A DNA stretch of 63,304 nucleotides, the filler included, from Octopus bimaculoides (lineage: Eukaryota), in assembly GCF_001194135.2 (NCBI RefSeq). It is 7 parts of 6 records of this genome, joined end to end, with 100 filler letters (N's around TTAATTAATTAA, not from the genome) between each part and the next. Parts side by side here need not be neighbours in the genome. Positions count along the whole stretch, not along the records: positions 1 to 12,324 come from NC_068988.1; positions 12,425 to 33,157 come from NC_068989.1; 5 more parts are not named here. One strand, 5' to 3'. The notes under the pieces were generated by a model. It searched no databases. It saw only the letters and a list, made by a program, of their open reading frames with translations, and was not told the DNA's origin. Each line of letters begins with the position of its first letter. Positions within the stretch are counted from its first letter, which is position 1. Position numbers and translations under genes: made by a program. Shown here piece by piece: positions 1-12,796 of the stretch.

Positions 1-59
1 ATATATATATATATATAAGGAGAAAGATATAGAGAGACACGGCACAGACATACAGACAG

Positions 60-90
<31 letters not shown>

Positions 91-145
91 GACTGACAGA
101 GAGATAGATAGACATAGAGATAGATAGATAGATAGATAGACATAG

Positions 146-191
<46 letters not shown>

Positions 192-200
192 ATAGATAAA
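1..200. repeat. Compound microsatellite (TA)n/(TACA)n/(GACA)n/(TAGA)n
   Basis: Directly visible tandem di- and tetranucleotide arrays. Confidence 0.95.
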
Positions 201-1246
201 CAGACTCATTGATAGATATGATTATGATGATTATATAAACAAAAACTTTAAGAATTTTATCTGCATAACTATTTCGACTCTAGTAATGGAGGGCTCTAAC
301 TATTTTTCTTTTATGAAAATACTAATGCACGTACACATAACAAGCACTCACACACACATACACACACACACACACACGCATGTGCACATGCGCATGAACA
401 TTTATGCACAAAATTGGAGATGTATATATGTGAGTGTGTGTGTATACATGAAAGTACGCATGTGTGAGAGTATAAATGAGCATGGGCTTAACTGTCTTTT
501 TTATTTCTCTCTCTCACATTGTTTCTTGTACCGCGTATAATATATAGACAATACATACATACATACACACATATATGTATATATTTGTTCATATGATGAT
601 ATCTCTACAATGTGTTCATGATGAGAAAAACATGTAATCGCTACCGATATAGCAAGAGATTTCTCCGCAAAAAAGTTTGACTTGAATTTGACAGTTAAAT
701 ATAGCCTTATACAGAAATGTTGACATAGGAATAAATTTCAATAATAATGGTTATTAGCGTCAAATCTCTTTTAAATTAAATTTTTTTATANNNNNNNNNN
801 NNNNNNNNNNNNNNNNNNNNNNNNNNNNNNNNNNNNNNNNNNNNNNNNNNNNNNNNNNNNNNNNNNNNTATATATATATACATATTACTGCCACATTGGA
901 AGAGGGTTTTTGGTAGTAACATATGTATGTCAACTACTAATATCGATCTTAATGGATATAGTAACGTCCTGAGTTACAATAATTTATAAAGAAATACCAA
1001 CTACGGCGAGAAGAGATTCTCAATCACTGCACATTTGCTGTATGCATGTTGATCTCAGGTCAAGTTTAATTGCATCCCTGGACACACAATCTGTGAAAGG
1101 TGTTTGTAACTATATTTATAGCAGTTCTAAAAACAAACTTAACAGTTCGAAGCGCACCTAAGCCAGAAGCGCACCCAAAGGAAATGTATGAAGACATACT
1201 CACACACATGTATGCGCACAATCTCTCTCTTTTGCTCACTCACTCA

Positions 1247-1277
<31 letters not shown>

Positions 1278-1673
1278 ACGCATGGACAAACACACACTTA
1301 TGTGTATTCACACAGTCTCTGTTAATCTCCCTCTCATTCGCGTGTGTAATTTTTGAAGGAGAAACTCAGAGTAAAAGCATATTCGTATCAAATCAAAATC
1401 GCATAATATCATGCATAACACAATTGTTTCACATATTAATTCGCATGTGACAATCGAAAACAATTATTCTTAACAACAATTGCAATGTTGATAAAAAAAG
1501 TAAAATAGCATCATCTTAATCAGAAATCATGCAATAACATGTAATACTCTTGAACAGTTTTGTTTTCCTTCACTTTCATGAAAAGCCAACATCCAAACCA
1601 ACGAACACCAGCGTCAACAACGCCACCGGCAACGCCCTTACACAACAAATTATAACAACTGGAAGAAACTCAC

Positions 1674-1705
1674 AGACTCAAGGTAATTACTTAGTGAGAA
1701 CAAAT
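1674..1705 (-). CDS. Candidate 32-nt micro-exon of an unidentified gene
   Basis: Minus strand: ttttgtattttgtaacag|ATTTGTTCTC...CTTGAGTCT|gtgagt. One frame is open (xLFSLSNYLES). No homology recognised. Confidence 0.2.
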
Positions 1706-2599
1706 CTGTTACAAAATACAAAAATAAAAAAAAAAAATTATTGGCTGTGAAGCGAACAATGATTCCTGAAATATCAAAATGTCATATGAATATTTTAACG
1801 TTTAAGGGTGGTTAGTGCAGCATGATACTTGTCTAGAGATTTTATTAGTTATATATTTGTTTTCATTTATTTATTTGTTTGTTTGTCATATTTCATCACG
1901 TACACTTGAATAAATATTCTTTTGGCAGATTAAATCGGAACTACGGAATTATGACGCCTCTGTATCATATTAAGTGAGAATCGCACGTTAGGTTTTTATA
2001 GTTTAAGTAGTAAAAATGGAATTCATGAAGCAGAATGCGGAGACACAAACGCTGGCATACATAGGAGATATACATACTGACACACATATACGTGTGTTGT
2101 TGTGTGTGCTTATGTGTGCTTATGTGTGCGCATATTTACGTGTATGTTGATGCGTTTGTCATAAAGCTATCTCTGTTTATCTATATTTCTCTCTCTCTCT
2201 CTGCATATTTGCATACAATATAAGATATCTTATATTGTATGTATATATTTTATTAATTTGCCTATACTGCTGGTGGTGATATTTTAGTAGTACCAACGAT
2301 CTTATATATATATATATATNNNNNNNNNNNNNNNNNNNNNNNNNNNNNNNNNNNNNNNNNNNNNNNNNNNNNNNNNNNNNNNNNNNNNNNNNNNNNNNNN
2401 NNNNNNNNNNNNNNNNNNNNNNNNNNNNNNNNNNNNNNNNNNNNNNNNNNNNNNNNNNNNNNNNNNNNNNNNNNNNNNNNNNNNNNNNNNNNNNNNNNNN
2501 NNNNNNNNNNNNNNNNNNNNNNNNNNNNNNNNNNNNNNNNNNNNNNNNNNNNNNNNNNNNNNNNNNNNNNNNNNNNNNNNNNNNNNNNNNNNNNNNNNN

Positions 2600-2633
<34 letters not shown>

Positions 2634-3159
2634 TGTGTGTATGCGTGTATGTTTGTATGTATGTATATGTATGTTTACTCACACACAGACTTCTACCAGT
2701 AGGGCCAGACGGCTATACATTTTAGATGGAAATACAAATAGATAGACAGTCAGGCCGGCAGATTGGGAATTATAGTAGTGATCATTTATCTGTTTGTCAA
2801 TGTGGTTGGCAAGTTATAATCGCATGCATGTTCTGCCAGACGTAATACTTTTATAAATACATTTGTTGGCGCTTTATATTTCTCATATGATATCAGGTAC
2901 TTCTTGAGACTATGCATATCTATATGTTTGCAAAACTAAGCTTTACTGTTTAGCTGGCATTCTTTATACACTCAACTATTACTTTGCTCTAGATGATGTA
3001 AGAAAACATTCCACCACTCCAAGATGGATTTCCCTAGGTGGAGGTTTGGCTGATGATGCTGATCGACAAATAGATTAATCAGATGATAATCAGATAAGGG
3101 CGATTATAGTGGGTGGGTTATCGTTCCCCATTGAAACTGCACCAGCCTTTGGAATGTCA

Positions 3160-3642
3160 TCTTAACTGTGGCCGAGCATTATCCTCATGGAAGAACACAT
3201 TTCGTCTTGAAACCAAAGATGATCGTTTTCCCTCTAGTGTTGACTTGAATGACTGGTTGAATTGACCAAATCCAAGCTTTTCTGTTAGTTCTTCAACGTT
3301 GTGCTGTGGTTTTGTTTCCGACTCGGATTTCTGGAGCCACCGTTGACACTGGCTTACGCTTATTGTTTTATCCCCATATACTGCATTAATAATTCTCACA
3401 TTCCCGTTGCGTTGTTACATTCATTAAAATTCGTAAAGCGAAATATGCCGAATATGTATCTTTGTCACTTCCATTATAGCTTTGAAAAATAACAGTTAAA
3501 ATCGAACTGAACTCTTCAAAACTTGCACTAAAAATAATGACAAAACAAAATTATTACCTGTTTTTATGGCACGTTAATGCAGGTAGTGTATCCCGTCCCA
3601 CTGCAATTGAAAAAAGCGCATTAATTATGGGATGACCCAATA
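3160..3642 (-). mobile_element. Internally deleted mariner remnant: 5' TIR, HTH fragment and DDD-domain fragment
   Basis: Minus ORF 3157-3399 has INAVYGDKTISVSQCQRW (mariner N-terminal HTH-like) fused to FFHEDNARP (the HDNARPH motif). Terminus TA|TTGGGTCATCCC lies at about 3642. The other TIR was not found. Confidence 0.8.
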
Positions 3643-3655
3643 TATACAAGCATAT

Positions 3656-3790
3656 ATGCGACAGAATTCCACACAGTTTCTGTCTACGTAAATCACTTAC
3701 AAATCATTGGTCGGGCCGCGGTATAAACTGAAGATAGTTACCAAAATTCAATGCAGCGGGAGTGAATCCAAAACTTCGCAGGTTGTACAC
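3656..3790 (-). mobile_element. Degraded 5' half of SINE type B
   Basis: Reverse complement resembles ...ccgaccaaagccttgtgagtggatttggtagacggaaactg... of the copies at 13785 and 53001. Confidence 0.6.
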
Positions 3791-4221
3791 TGTCTTTTTT
3801 TTTTTTTTACCAGAAAGGCATGCTGAAATTTCAGACATTGTTCTATTTTGCGTTCATATTCAACTCCAATTTTCCAGTTAATGATATGAATTACCTGCCA
3901 AGTTTAGAATAACCTGTTACATCACTACTCAGTAGTTAACAAAACCTTTTAAGCTTGTGAGTTCAAATCGTCTACCTAGCTACATGGATTAGAGTGTCGT
4001 TTATAACCTCATGTAGACCAATACCTTGTATGTCGTACTCGGTAGATGAATGCACTTAACCACATAGGTACACACGCACACACACACATATATGTGCGTG
4101 TATGTGTGTAGGTGTGTGTGTGAGCGCGTGGGTGTGTGGTGGAGGGGAGATTGTATATATATGCATGGTTTTGTGGGTGCATGTGTTTATGTGTGTGAGC
4201 GTTTATGTTAGTTTGAACCAC

Positions 4222-4361
4222 CTTGAGAGATCGAGTAGATAAGCATTGATCGTAAAGAAATGTGAACCACTGAGTCGAGGATTTGAGAAGTTTGAAAATC
4301 AAAGAGGATGCAGGGAACTCTTTCCAATTAAAAGTATCGCAGACGTTTTGTGGGCAAAAAC
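4222..4361 (-). CDS. Candidate 140-nt exon of an unidentified gene
   Basis: gacatttcag|GT TTT TGC...CTC AAG|gtggtt. Only one frame is open (FCPQNVCDTFNWKEFPASSLIFKLLKSSTQWFTFLYDQCLSTRSLK). The donor is non-consensus and no homology is recognised. Confidence 0.2.
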
Positions 4362-5710
4362 CTGAAATGTCAATCTGCGTTGTAGATGTAAACGTCAGTG
4401 GCATTCTTCGATTAGCGATTACATGAATATTTGTTTATTCTTGGATAAGGTCTCTAACAACTGTCCGGGGAACTATATGCAGGGACCCTAATCTGGCAGC
4501 TGATTCTGAAACTTTAGTAGCGATGGACGCGACGACATCTTCTCACGAAAATACAACTGATTATGAGAGCTACTGGAGCGGTGGAATTTTTAAAGGTGTG
4601 TGACAAGACTTACCACCACCTGCTTCTGTATGCTATACAATTGTAGAAAACATTCAGGAGTCATATCTGTCTGGAACCACTATGTATATAATGACTTGTG
4701 GCAAACATCTTCCTATATCTAACAGATGTCAGGTTACGATTCTCGGCCGAAAATTCTGAACTACTGCGTAAACTCGGAAGACGAAGCCCACACGCATAAA
4801 TTGGCAAATGCATAGAAATGTCATGAAAGAACATGCAAACGGCACTGTTGCATCTGTCATTTTGTTTGGCGTGGGCCATTTGTAGTTTGGAGAGGATTTG
4901 TAACGGCGTTGTTACAAGTATTGCATACTATTTTTAGAATATCATACTTGCACTAAACCTCATTTCTTTGCTATGTTGTTTAGTAACAAAAACTTATGGT
5001 TTTTTGCCTTATTTTTGCTAAACATGCTTTCCGTGTTTAAAATTAAGTGATGTCTTTTTTAAAAATTTTCTCTAAACGATATTAACAATAATAAAATCCT
5101 ATGTCAAAAAACAAAGGCAAAAGACATTATGGTTCTATAATTTTACGATTTTGTGGTAAGAAAATGGTTGGATGAGACAGTATAAAGCAACAGAAATTCA
5201 GTTTTCAAACGCCCGTAACTATTTTGAAATAAATTTGTTCAGGCATAAGATAAAATATTCGAAATTAGCACGTAAAACTGCATCTATGCAAGAACTGAAA
5301 ACAAAGCGTGACAAAGCAAAACAATTCAAATGCTATTCAGATTTTTAAAAAAATATCATATTCTTAACACAGAATCTAATTCTGCTGCTGAGGTATTATA
5401 ATATAAACTTTACTTCGATTAAATAATATCCTATTTTCCTTCTTCTTCTGCATTATGTGTTTAAGCACACACTGAACCAAATTTAAAAAAAAAAAAAAAC
5501 TATTCGTGGTCGGTTGAGTACTACATCACACACAGACAGACAAATATAAATGTGTTCGGGTGTGTGTTTGCTATAAATTACAATAAACAGTAAAACGTTG
5601 TCATAGTCCTCCGAGTACTATAATGACAACATTTTACTGCTTATTCATAACATATAAATAATTGTCTATTTCTCTAATATTGAGGTCTCATATTTTTGTT
5701 GTTACATTTA

Positions 5711-5793
<83 letters not shown>
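5711..5793. repeat. (ATT)n microsatellite
   Basis: Perfect trinucleotide array. Confidence 0.95.
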
Positions 5794-5796
<3 letters not shown>

Positions 5797-6153
5797 GCAG
5801 AACATGAACTGTATTTTTCATATCGATATATTACTTAAATTATTTCTTTGGTTGCTTCTGTCATTGAACTGAACTTCATCCACGGTAGAACACAACTTTG
5901 AAGTGTTTATTCAGCTGTATTAACCCTCTTTTAAATCTGATACTCAACCACTTTGTTTAATTTTGAGGAAAGGGAATATAAAAGAACAATCACGGGTTGT
6001 CAAGCAGAGAGATTGAGAAAAACTGAGAGAGAGAAGGAGAGAAAAGGAGAGAGAAGGAGAGAAAAGGAGAGAGAAAGAGAGAAAAGGATAAAGAAGGAGA
6101 GAAAGAGAGTTCAGCACACGCACTCAGACAGACAGGTACACTTCATAAATATT

Positions 6154-6335
6154 CTTTTATTCTTTTACTTGTTTTAGTCGTTTTGACTGCGTCCATGCTG
6201 GAGCACCGCCTTTGGTCGAACACTCCAGGATTTATTCTTTGTAAGGCTAGTATTTATTCTATCAGTATCTTTTGCCGACTCGCTATGTTTCGAGTAAACA
6301 CACCAACATCAGTTGTCAAGCGATGGGGGGGGGGG
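6154..6335 (-). mobile_element. 3' half of SINE type B, ending at a gap
   Basis: Reverse complement matches ...aaggcggtgctccagcatgg...cagtcaaa...aaaacaagtaaaaga of 50655-50988. Confidence 0.85.
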
Positions 6336-6507
6336 NNNNNNNNNNNNNNNNNNNNNNNNNNNNNNNNNNNNNNNNNNNNNNNNNNNNATATGCCCCAAAA
6401 GGGCAGCTGGTTTGCAAAACGATTTAAACAACAAGAACCTTTTAAAACAAGTGAATTAAGCATAAACTTACAACGTTCCCAAAACACACTTCAAGCATTG
6501 ACGACAA

Positions 6508-6509
<2 letters not shown>

Positions 6510-6584
<75 letters not shown>

Positions 6585-6597
6585 TAATAATAACAAT
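6510..6597. repeat. (AAT)n microsatellite
   Basis: Near-perfect array; source of the poly-Leu pseudo-ORF. Confidence 0.95.
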
Positions 6598-6604
6598 AGC
6601 ATTT

Positions 6605-6790
6605 GTTTCAAACTTTGGCCGAAATCTAGCGCGTTTAGAGGGGTCAGTGTAATCAACAACATTGAACCCAATGTTCAGCCAGAACTTATTTCATCGACTC
6701 TCAAGGAATGAAATGCAACTTTGACTTCGGTGGAACCTGAATTAAGAACATATTTTCCTACGTTCAAACAATACTGCCAGTACGTCTATA
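6605..6790 (-). mobile_element. Degraded SINE type A
   Basis: Matches the reverse complement of the gccgaggtcgactttgcctttcatcc...gtcgataaa...aagtaccag core seen at 35810-36035. Confidence 0.65.
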
Positions 6791-6951
6791 ATAACAATAA
6801 AATTATAAGAGAGATTTTGCAAATTCTGATGCTGTAGTTGAACAATTACTGTTTTGGATAATTTGGAAATGCTAAAAATCAATATTTATGAACTGAAATC
6901 ATTCACACATATTTTAAAGTAACATTAGGTTCATATTTCACACATACACAT

Positions 6952-6982
<31 letters not shown>

Positions 6983-7516
6983 CGTGAAATTAATCATAGC
7001 GCAGACGAAGCTCAAGTTTTGAATTTATAAAACAGCTTAGATAATAGATGACCTTCGCAAGCTAACATAATCTAATTGCATTTGGTCGCCATTATCTCAC
7101 CTACATACAATATTTCTCTGTATTATATACAAAACAGAATACGTAAATTCATTTTCAGATTTAAATTAAACTCTATTGTATATATCAAACCCGAAACAGA
7201 ATTGAAGTGTCAGCTTCTTTTTTTTTTATTTTTGTGTCAATTTTCTCTGCATAACATTTGAAATTTCTAATCAAATCTGTTTTGCAAGCAATTGGTAAAA
7301 ATTCTGAATAAAGTTATTAAGCAATTTTGTGGCTTTCATATTTTTTCGGAGTTTCGTTTATTTTATTTGCAAACCTAAATGTTTGCTTATATCGTGGAAA
7401 TACACCGTCACTGGAAGAGCTGTAAACATATTTCTGACATATTGATTAGATGCGTCCCATTTTAAATAGGAATTCATCCGGTGTTTAAAATTCAAAGCTT
7501 TATTGAACCTAATAAC

Positions 7517-7698
7517 AACGAGATGGTACTGAAAAGTTCCTGGTTTTGATGAACAGAAAATACAGGAGGACCAGTGAATCATGATTTCATTCCCCATACT
7601 TCCCTCTCTGATTCACACTTATTGCAGTGGAAGGGCGAGCGTCCAACCAGGACTTTCGCGGTAATCTTACACTAGGATCTTTACAGTACCTCCTTGTA
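7517..7698. mobile_element. Mariner-derived MITE of about 180 bp
   Basis: Left end aacgagatggtactgaaaagttcctggt and right end actaggatctttacagtacctccttgta are inverted repeats (21/28 by eye) of the TACGAGGG..mariner type. The interior carries a decayed CNKCV..RGEYVE transposase end on the minus strand. Confidence 0.7.
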
Positions 7699-8123
7699 GA
7701 GCAGGGATATTTTTCGGAAACTAGGAATATTGTTGGACTTGTTAAAGGCATCGATAAGTCCGATGGAGATGAAAACTTGGGTAGTGGAATTAAAATATGA
7801 AGACCAATATCTGAAGCCAATCACTTGTAATTATAGATTCGATAAAAGTCATATTAAAATCCTCACACGACGACCAAAAATGGGATGTTACATCAATTGA
7901 AAATGTTTTTGTCGTAATTTAAGGTTGATACGTTTGACTGAATATGTCCAAACAATCAATGCTGTCAATGTTTTCTATCAAGTGTTTGTACAGAATGAAC
8001 ACGTGATTAAGTTTATAAACTTTTCTACGTTTCCCGCTACGTCCGTGCAACAGAGTCGTGTGACACTATATTTAGCGCCTATATATATATATACATATAT
8101 ACACACGCACACACACATACACA

Positions 8124-8217
<94 letters not shown>

Positions 8218-8498
8218 ATTCCTTCAACCGTTTGTCATAGAGCCTAATACAATAGAAATGATTAGCGAGTTAGTACTACAATATATACATCTATATAAAT
8301 AGTGTTCCAAAGAAAATTAGTTGTATTCGAAACAGGAGAGATAAGACATTATTATGCAAAGATATCTGAGTGCACGCACAAATATTTATGAGAGAATATC
8401 TAAATGCGTGCACCTATATATGTATCAGAGTGTTCATCTATATATCCCATGTATATTTGCCTGTGTTCCTCTCTATACATATACAGAGTGATAGAGGA

Positions 8499-8513
8499 AT
8501 AGATAGATAGATC

Positions 8514-8585
<72 letters not shown>

Positions 8586-8612
8586 GATAGATTGATTGAT
8601 TGATAGATAGAT
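8499..8612. repeat. (GATA)n microsatellite
   Basis: Directly visible. Confidence 0.95.
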
Positions 8613-10787
8613 ACATTCATACATATATACATACGTACATATACATATATACATAAGTACATATACATATATACATGCCTTTATTTTATGAGTTTTTGTT
8701 GTTTTGAAGATAAGACAGAATTAAAACTTTTTTGATATTTACTTATTGAATACTTACTTTCCTTAATATTTTGCTAACGGGACCTCGTTAAAATATTTCT
8801 GATGAGTATTATTCAAGAAAATATTCCGAAAAATATTGAAGAAATTTTTAGATGCCTAAATCTAAAAGAGGGAAATTAAGGATATATTTTTATAAATATG
8901 TATGGCGTATGTTTAGTGAAAGTTTGCTTTGAAACAACATCAAATGATTATTAATTCATAAATTTTTAAATCATTTTACCTCCGAGGTATCAGAAGAAAT
9001 ACTGGGAAATAAAGTGAGAGATTAGAATATCACCGTTTAGTAAGATTTTGTTTTAATATTTATAAACTATTCATTCACCAATCAATTACATATATTTACA
9101 TATAAGTATGCTTATATATATACATACATATATATATATATTCACACACACACACATATATACATACATACATACATACATACACGCACATAGATACGTG
9201 CATGTATGTGTCTAAGAACTCAGTTCCTGGTGAGATTATTTTGCCGCTCATCCTCAATGATGTGGTGAATTTTTTTTTTTATGCTGTCGTTCCTTCATAG
9301 ACAGAGAGCGGAGAGAGAGAGATAGAGAGGGGGGGGATAATACGAGGTGAATATAATAACTATTTTCAAAAATAGTAATTTTATTTTTAACAATATATTA
9401 TTTTCTGAGATGCGTTGCAAGTGGAATGTACAAAAAAAAAAAATATATATACGAAAGTATACATGACTATATGTGTGTGTATGTGTGTGCCTGTGTATGT
9501 ACATGTGTATAGACAGATAGATGTATATAAATAACTAAAACGCTGGTTTTGGGATTAAGGCTTAATCTACTATCTTCTTTATTTTTGTACACATTTCAAC
9601 CACACCTCAAATACCAGTGATTATACTAGGTAGTTTTACTGCGAATATCATTTCACATTCTTTAAACTCTATTTATATGTCTATGTACGTAAGAATATAC
9701 ATACAAAAAAACAGTCTTCAACGCACACACATGTACACCCTATACACACACACACATAAATGCTTATACAGAAGTATATATGTAAGTTTGTATGTATATA
9801 TGCATGCACTCATCTATGTATGTATGTATGTATGTATGTATATATGTGTATGATTCTAGGTATGTATGTATGTATGTATGTATTAGTTCCTAACAAATAA
9901 TTTAAAGCTTATTTTAAAATAGTAATCTCTCTACACAAACTCACTTACCCTATATTTACGCTTCAGATAGCAATATAGTTTTCGTTATATCTAAAGATTA
10001 GTTTTAATGTATTATGTTTAGAAACGTGTTTCTTTAGTTGAGATGCAGGCTTTTAAATGTATTTAGTAGCTGTGTTAAATATATTGCTTTTTTTTACTTA
10101 CGTTTTTAGTTTTATTTATATCATTCTTTTTGAAAATACGATTTTATATTATTTTATATATGTTTTGTGAGACGTTACGAGAAGAGCATTCTCTTGTGAA
10201 AAATCAGACTTTATTTAAAGTCAATATAGTGTTAATATTCATGGAAAAGCTACTACATCACAAATTATATATATATTTTTCAACGTGATGCACTTTGAAG
10301 AATGAAATTTTTAAAGAGTATATTGGTCAAGTGAATTTCTTCCTAAATTCCGATAGAAAATTTTCGTTTTACTTACCGTTTTAGTTTTTTAATATTTTTT
10401 TTTTTATTTCGTATTTGAGAAACGTATTTCAATTTAATTCCGTACGAATGATTTTAACCATAACTAAACGTTGAGCAAATGGGTACATTAATATGTGTAT
10501 AATATTTTTCTACTTGATAGGTTGATAACTACGCCATCTCAACTTATACTCCTGAAGAAAAAGTATACGCATCTACAGATACACCAGATATACGCATGTG
10601 CCTAACATAACTATATACATATATACATACACAAACACAAACACAAAAACACGCATATGTATATATACATATACATATATGCATATAAATATATATATAT
10701 GTATATCAATATATAGAACTATATACACACATATATACATATATATATATATGTATATATATATATGTATATATACATATATATAAG

Positions 10788-10835
<48 letters not shown>

Positions 10836-11014
10836 CATATTTAGCTTAAAATGTTTACATTGAAATAGATGATATTTAAGTTCCTTAGTAAGATCAGTTT
10901 CATTGCAGAATGATGTTGTCTTCAAACAAATATTGTCAATGAACTTCGAAGTCCCTTCCTGTCGATGTTATCGAGTTCGTATCCCTTCATCTTCTTCCTT
11001 ATCTAGATACTCAC

Positions 11015-11071
11015 AAGTAGCATGGTTCTGCCCCTTGCATTTGGCAGGAAGTCAATGCAAAGATTCCAAAC
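11015..11071 (-). CDS. Candidate 57-nt symmetric exon of an unidentified gene
   Basis: Strong splice signals tttgtctctctag|GTTTGG...CTACTT|gtgagt. Open in two frames (VWNLCIDFLPNARGRTMLL or FGIFALTSCQMQGAEPCY). No homology recognised. Confidence 0.3.
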
Positions 11072-11308
11072 CTAGAGAGACAAATCTTTTGCAGGGCAAT
11101 ATACCTGCGATCATAGTAGTTCATTACGTGAGACATCTGTCTTGATGATATGTAAGAGGTATCTCAATGGTGGCACAACATTGAGGGACAAATCCGAAAG
11201 TTCTAATTCACAGTGCAATCTCTTTACTACTATATCATCTTAGCGTACATTCCTAAGAAAATATGTAAATATGTGCGCAGAGATTCATGAAGACATATTT
11301 ATATATAT

Positions 11309-11509
11309 AGTTCTATATTTAGGAGATGAGGAATTATGTACATTATTTAAATTATTTACAATTAACGGATATTTGTCCTCATCTTGTTAACTGTTAGCAC
11401 AATATTTCAGCCCTGTTATACACCCCCAACCGTTATCAGGTGTCTAGGGGAAATCTCCAACCTGGGTTCGAAATTTCTTCAAGACGTGTGATGAAGGTAG
11501 GAGGGTATA
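11309..11509. mobile_element. Hammerhead-motif repeat: minus-strand copy (11309-11469) fused head-to-head with a partial plus-strand copy (11463-11509)
   Basis: The reverse complement aligns over about 160 bp with 32754-32912. The plus-strand part gggttcgaaatttcttcaagacgtgtgatgaaggtaggagggtata repeats the same 5' segment. Confidence 0.8.
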
Positions 11510-11593
11510 ATGTAAATAATATATATTTATATATACTTAATGTTCATAGGTATATGCGCATATATTTATATACATATGTATATATATATTTAA

Positions 11594-11625
<32 letters not shown>

Positions 11626-12324
11626 GTTTCTTTATTAGCCACACAGGGCTCAACACAGAGGGGACAAAATACAAATTTAGAGTTTTTTTCTTTTTGAAGG
11701 GGGCGAAAACAAAGCAGAAAAAAAAACAAAAGTGGGGACAACGATGAAAAAAAAAACATCGCAAAACGTTTGGGGTATTTACAAAAAATACGAAATAACA
11801 CAGAAAATTCCCAATAAATGGGGAGGTTATCCGTGGAAAGAAAAACCTACGAAAAGACCACGGTAACCTCGGTCCTTAGTGTCACAGTTTGTTAAGTAAA
11901 ATTTATTTTATTTATGCAAGAAACGTAAGTCTCTGTTTACAAAATTTTAAAACATTTTATAGAATCATGGTCAAGGTGACTTCGACATTTATACGTGCCA
12001 TTCTTGCTACATGTATCCATCTTTTTTCGAAACATTTGCTAGACAACACTTGCCTCTCTACTCTCACCTTCCTTTTCAAGTGATACTTGAAAACGTTGAT
12101 GAGAGATTGACCAGAGAGGAAAGTATTTGTCTCTAAACCTTTCAGACGCGTCCACCAGATGCATTCTTTCGCCATAGCCACAAGTACGATAAATACAGCT
12201 CTTCCTTCCCGTTTAAAGGAAGGAGGCGTGACGATATTGACGATAGACTCGGTTGATAAACCGACTCGTCCCACACGTGACAGCAGTCGTTCGACATAAG
12301 CCCACAACTCCGAAATGGTTGGAC
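11626..12324 (-). mobile_element. 3' end of a Tx1/L1-clade LINE (ORF2 C-terminus and 3' UTR), cut by a spacer
   Basis: Minus frame 11957-12324 reads PTISELWAYVE...LVAMAKECIWWTR...FKYHLKRKVRVER...KRW, typical of the Tx1 post-zinc-knuckle C-terminus. The UTR ends gccctgtgtggctaataaagaaa next to (CTAT)n. Confidence 0.8.
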
Positions 12325-12424
12325 NNNNNNNNNNNNNNNNNNNNNNNNNNNNNNNNNNNNNNNNNNNNTTAATTAATTAANNNNNNNNNNNNNNNNNNNN
12401 NNNNNNNNNNNNNNNNNNNNNNNN
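12325..12424. other. Artificial assembly spacer N44-TTAATTAATTAA-N44
   Basis: Exactly 100 bp, with a 12-mer giving stops in all six frames. The same layout occurs six times. Confidence 0.95.
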
Positions 12425-12796
12425 TCCTACTTCTTTGTACGTCTCTTCACCTCTTCACTCCTACTTCTCTTTCTACTTCTCTCCACTCCCACTTCTCTTC
12501 ACCCCTACTCTTTCTCTCCTCTCTCTTACTCTCTCTCACTCTCTTCTCTCGTACTCCCCCTCTCTCACTCTTACTCTCTACACTCTCTACACTCTTACTC
12601 TCCTACTCTCTACACTCTTACTCTCTTACTCTCTTCCCCTCTCTCTCTCACTCTTTCTCTTCCTCTCTTTCTCCCCCCATACCCCTCTTCCTTCTCTCTC
12701 ACTCTCTTTCTCTTCCTCTCTTTCTCTTCCTCTCTTTCTCTTCCTCTCTTTCTCTTCCTCTCTTTCTCTTCCTCTCTTTCTCTTCCTCTCTTTCTC
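12425..12796. repeat. Polypyrimidine (CT-rich) tract with 16-bp tandem units at its end
   Basis: Nearly pure C/T; ctcttcctctctttct is repeated about 5 times before the gap. Confidence 0.9.

Noticed and set aside
7587-7820. 77-aa ORF and the open opposite frame
   Set aside because: Largely overlaps the mariner MITE and its TIR; no recognisable protein.
8758-8861. Minus-strand exon with strong acceptor and GTAAGT donor
   Set aside because: All three frames contain stops, also with the alternative acceptor. It could only be non-coding.
9949-9990. 42-nt minus-strand exon before GTAAGT
   Set aside because: Stops in all frames.
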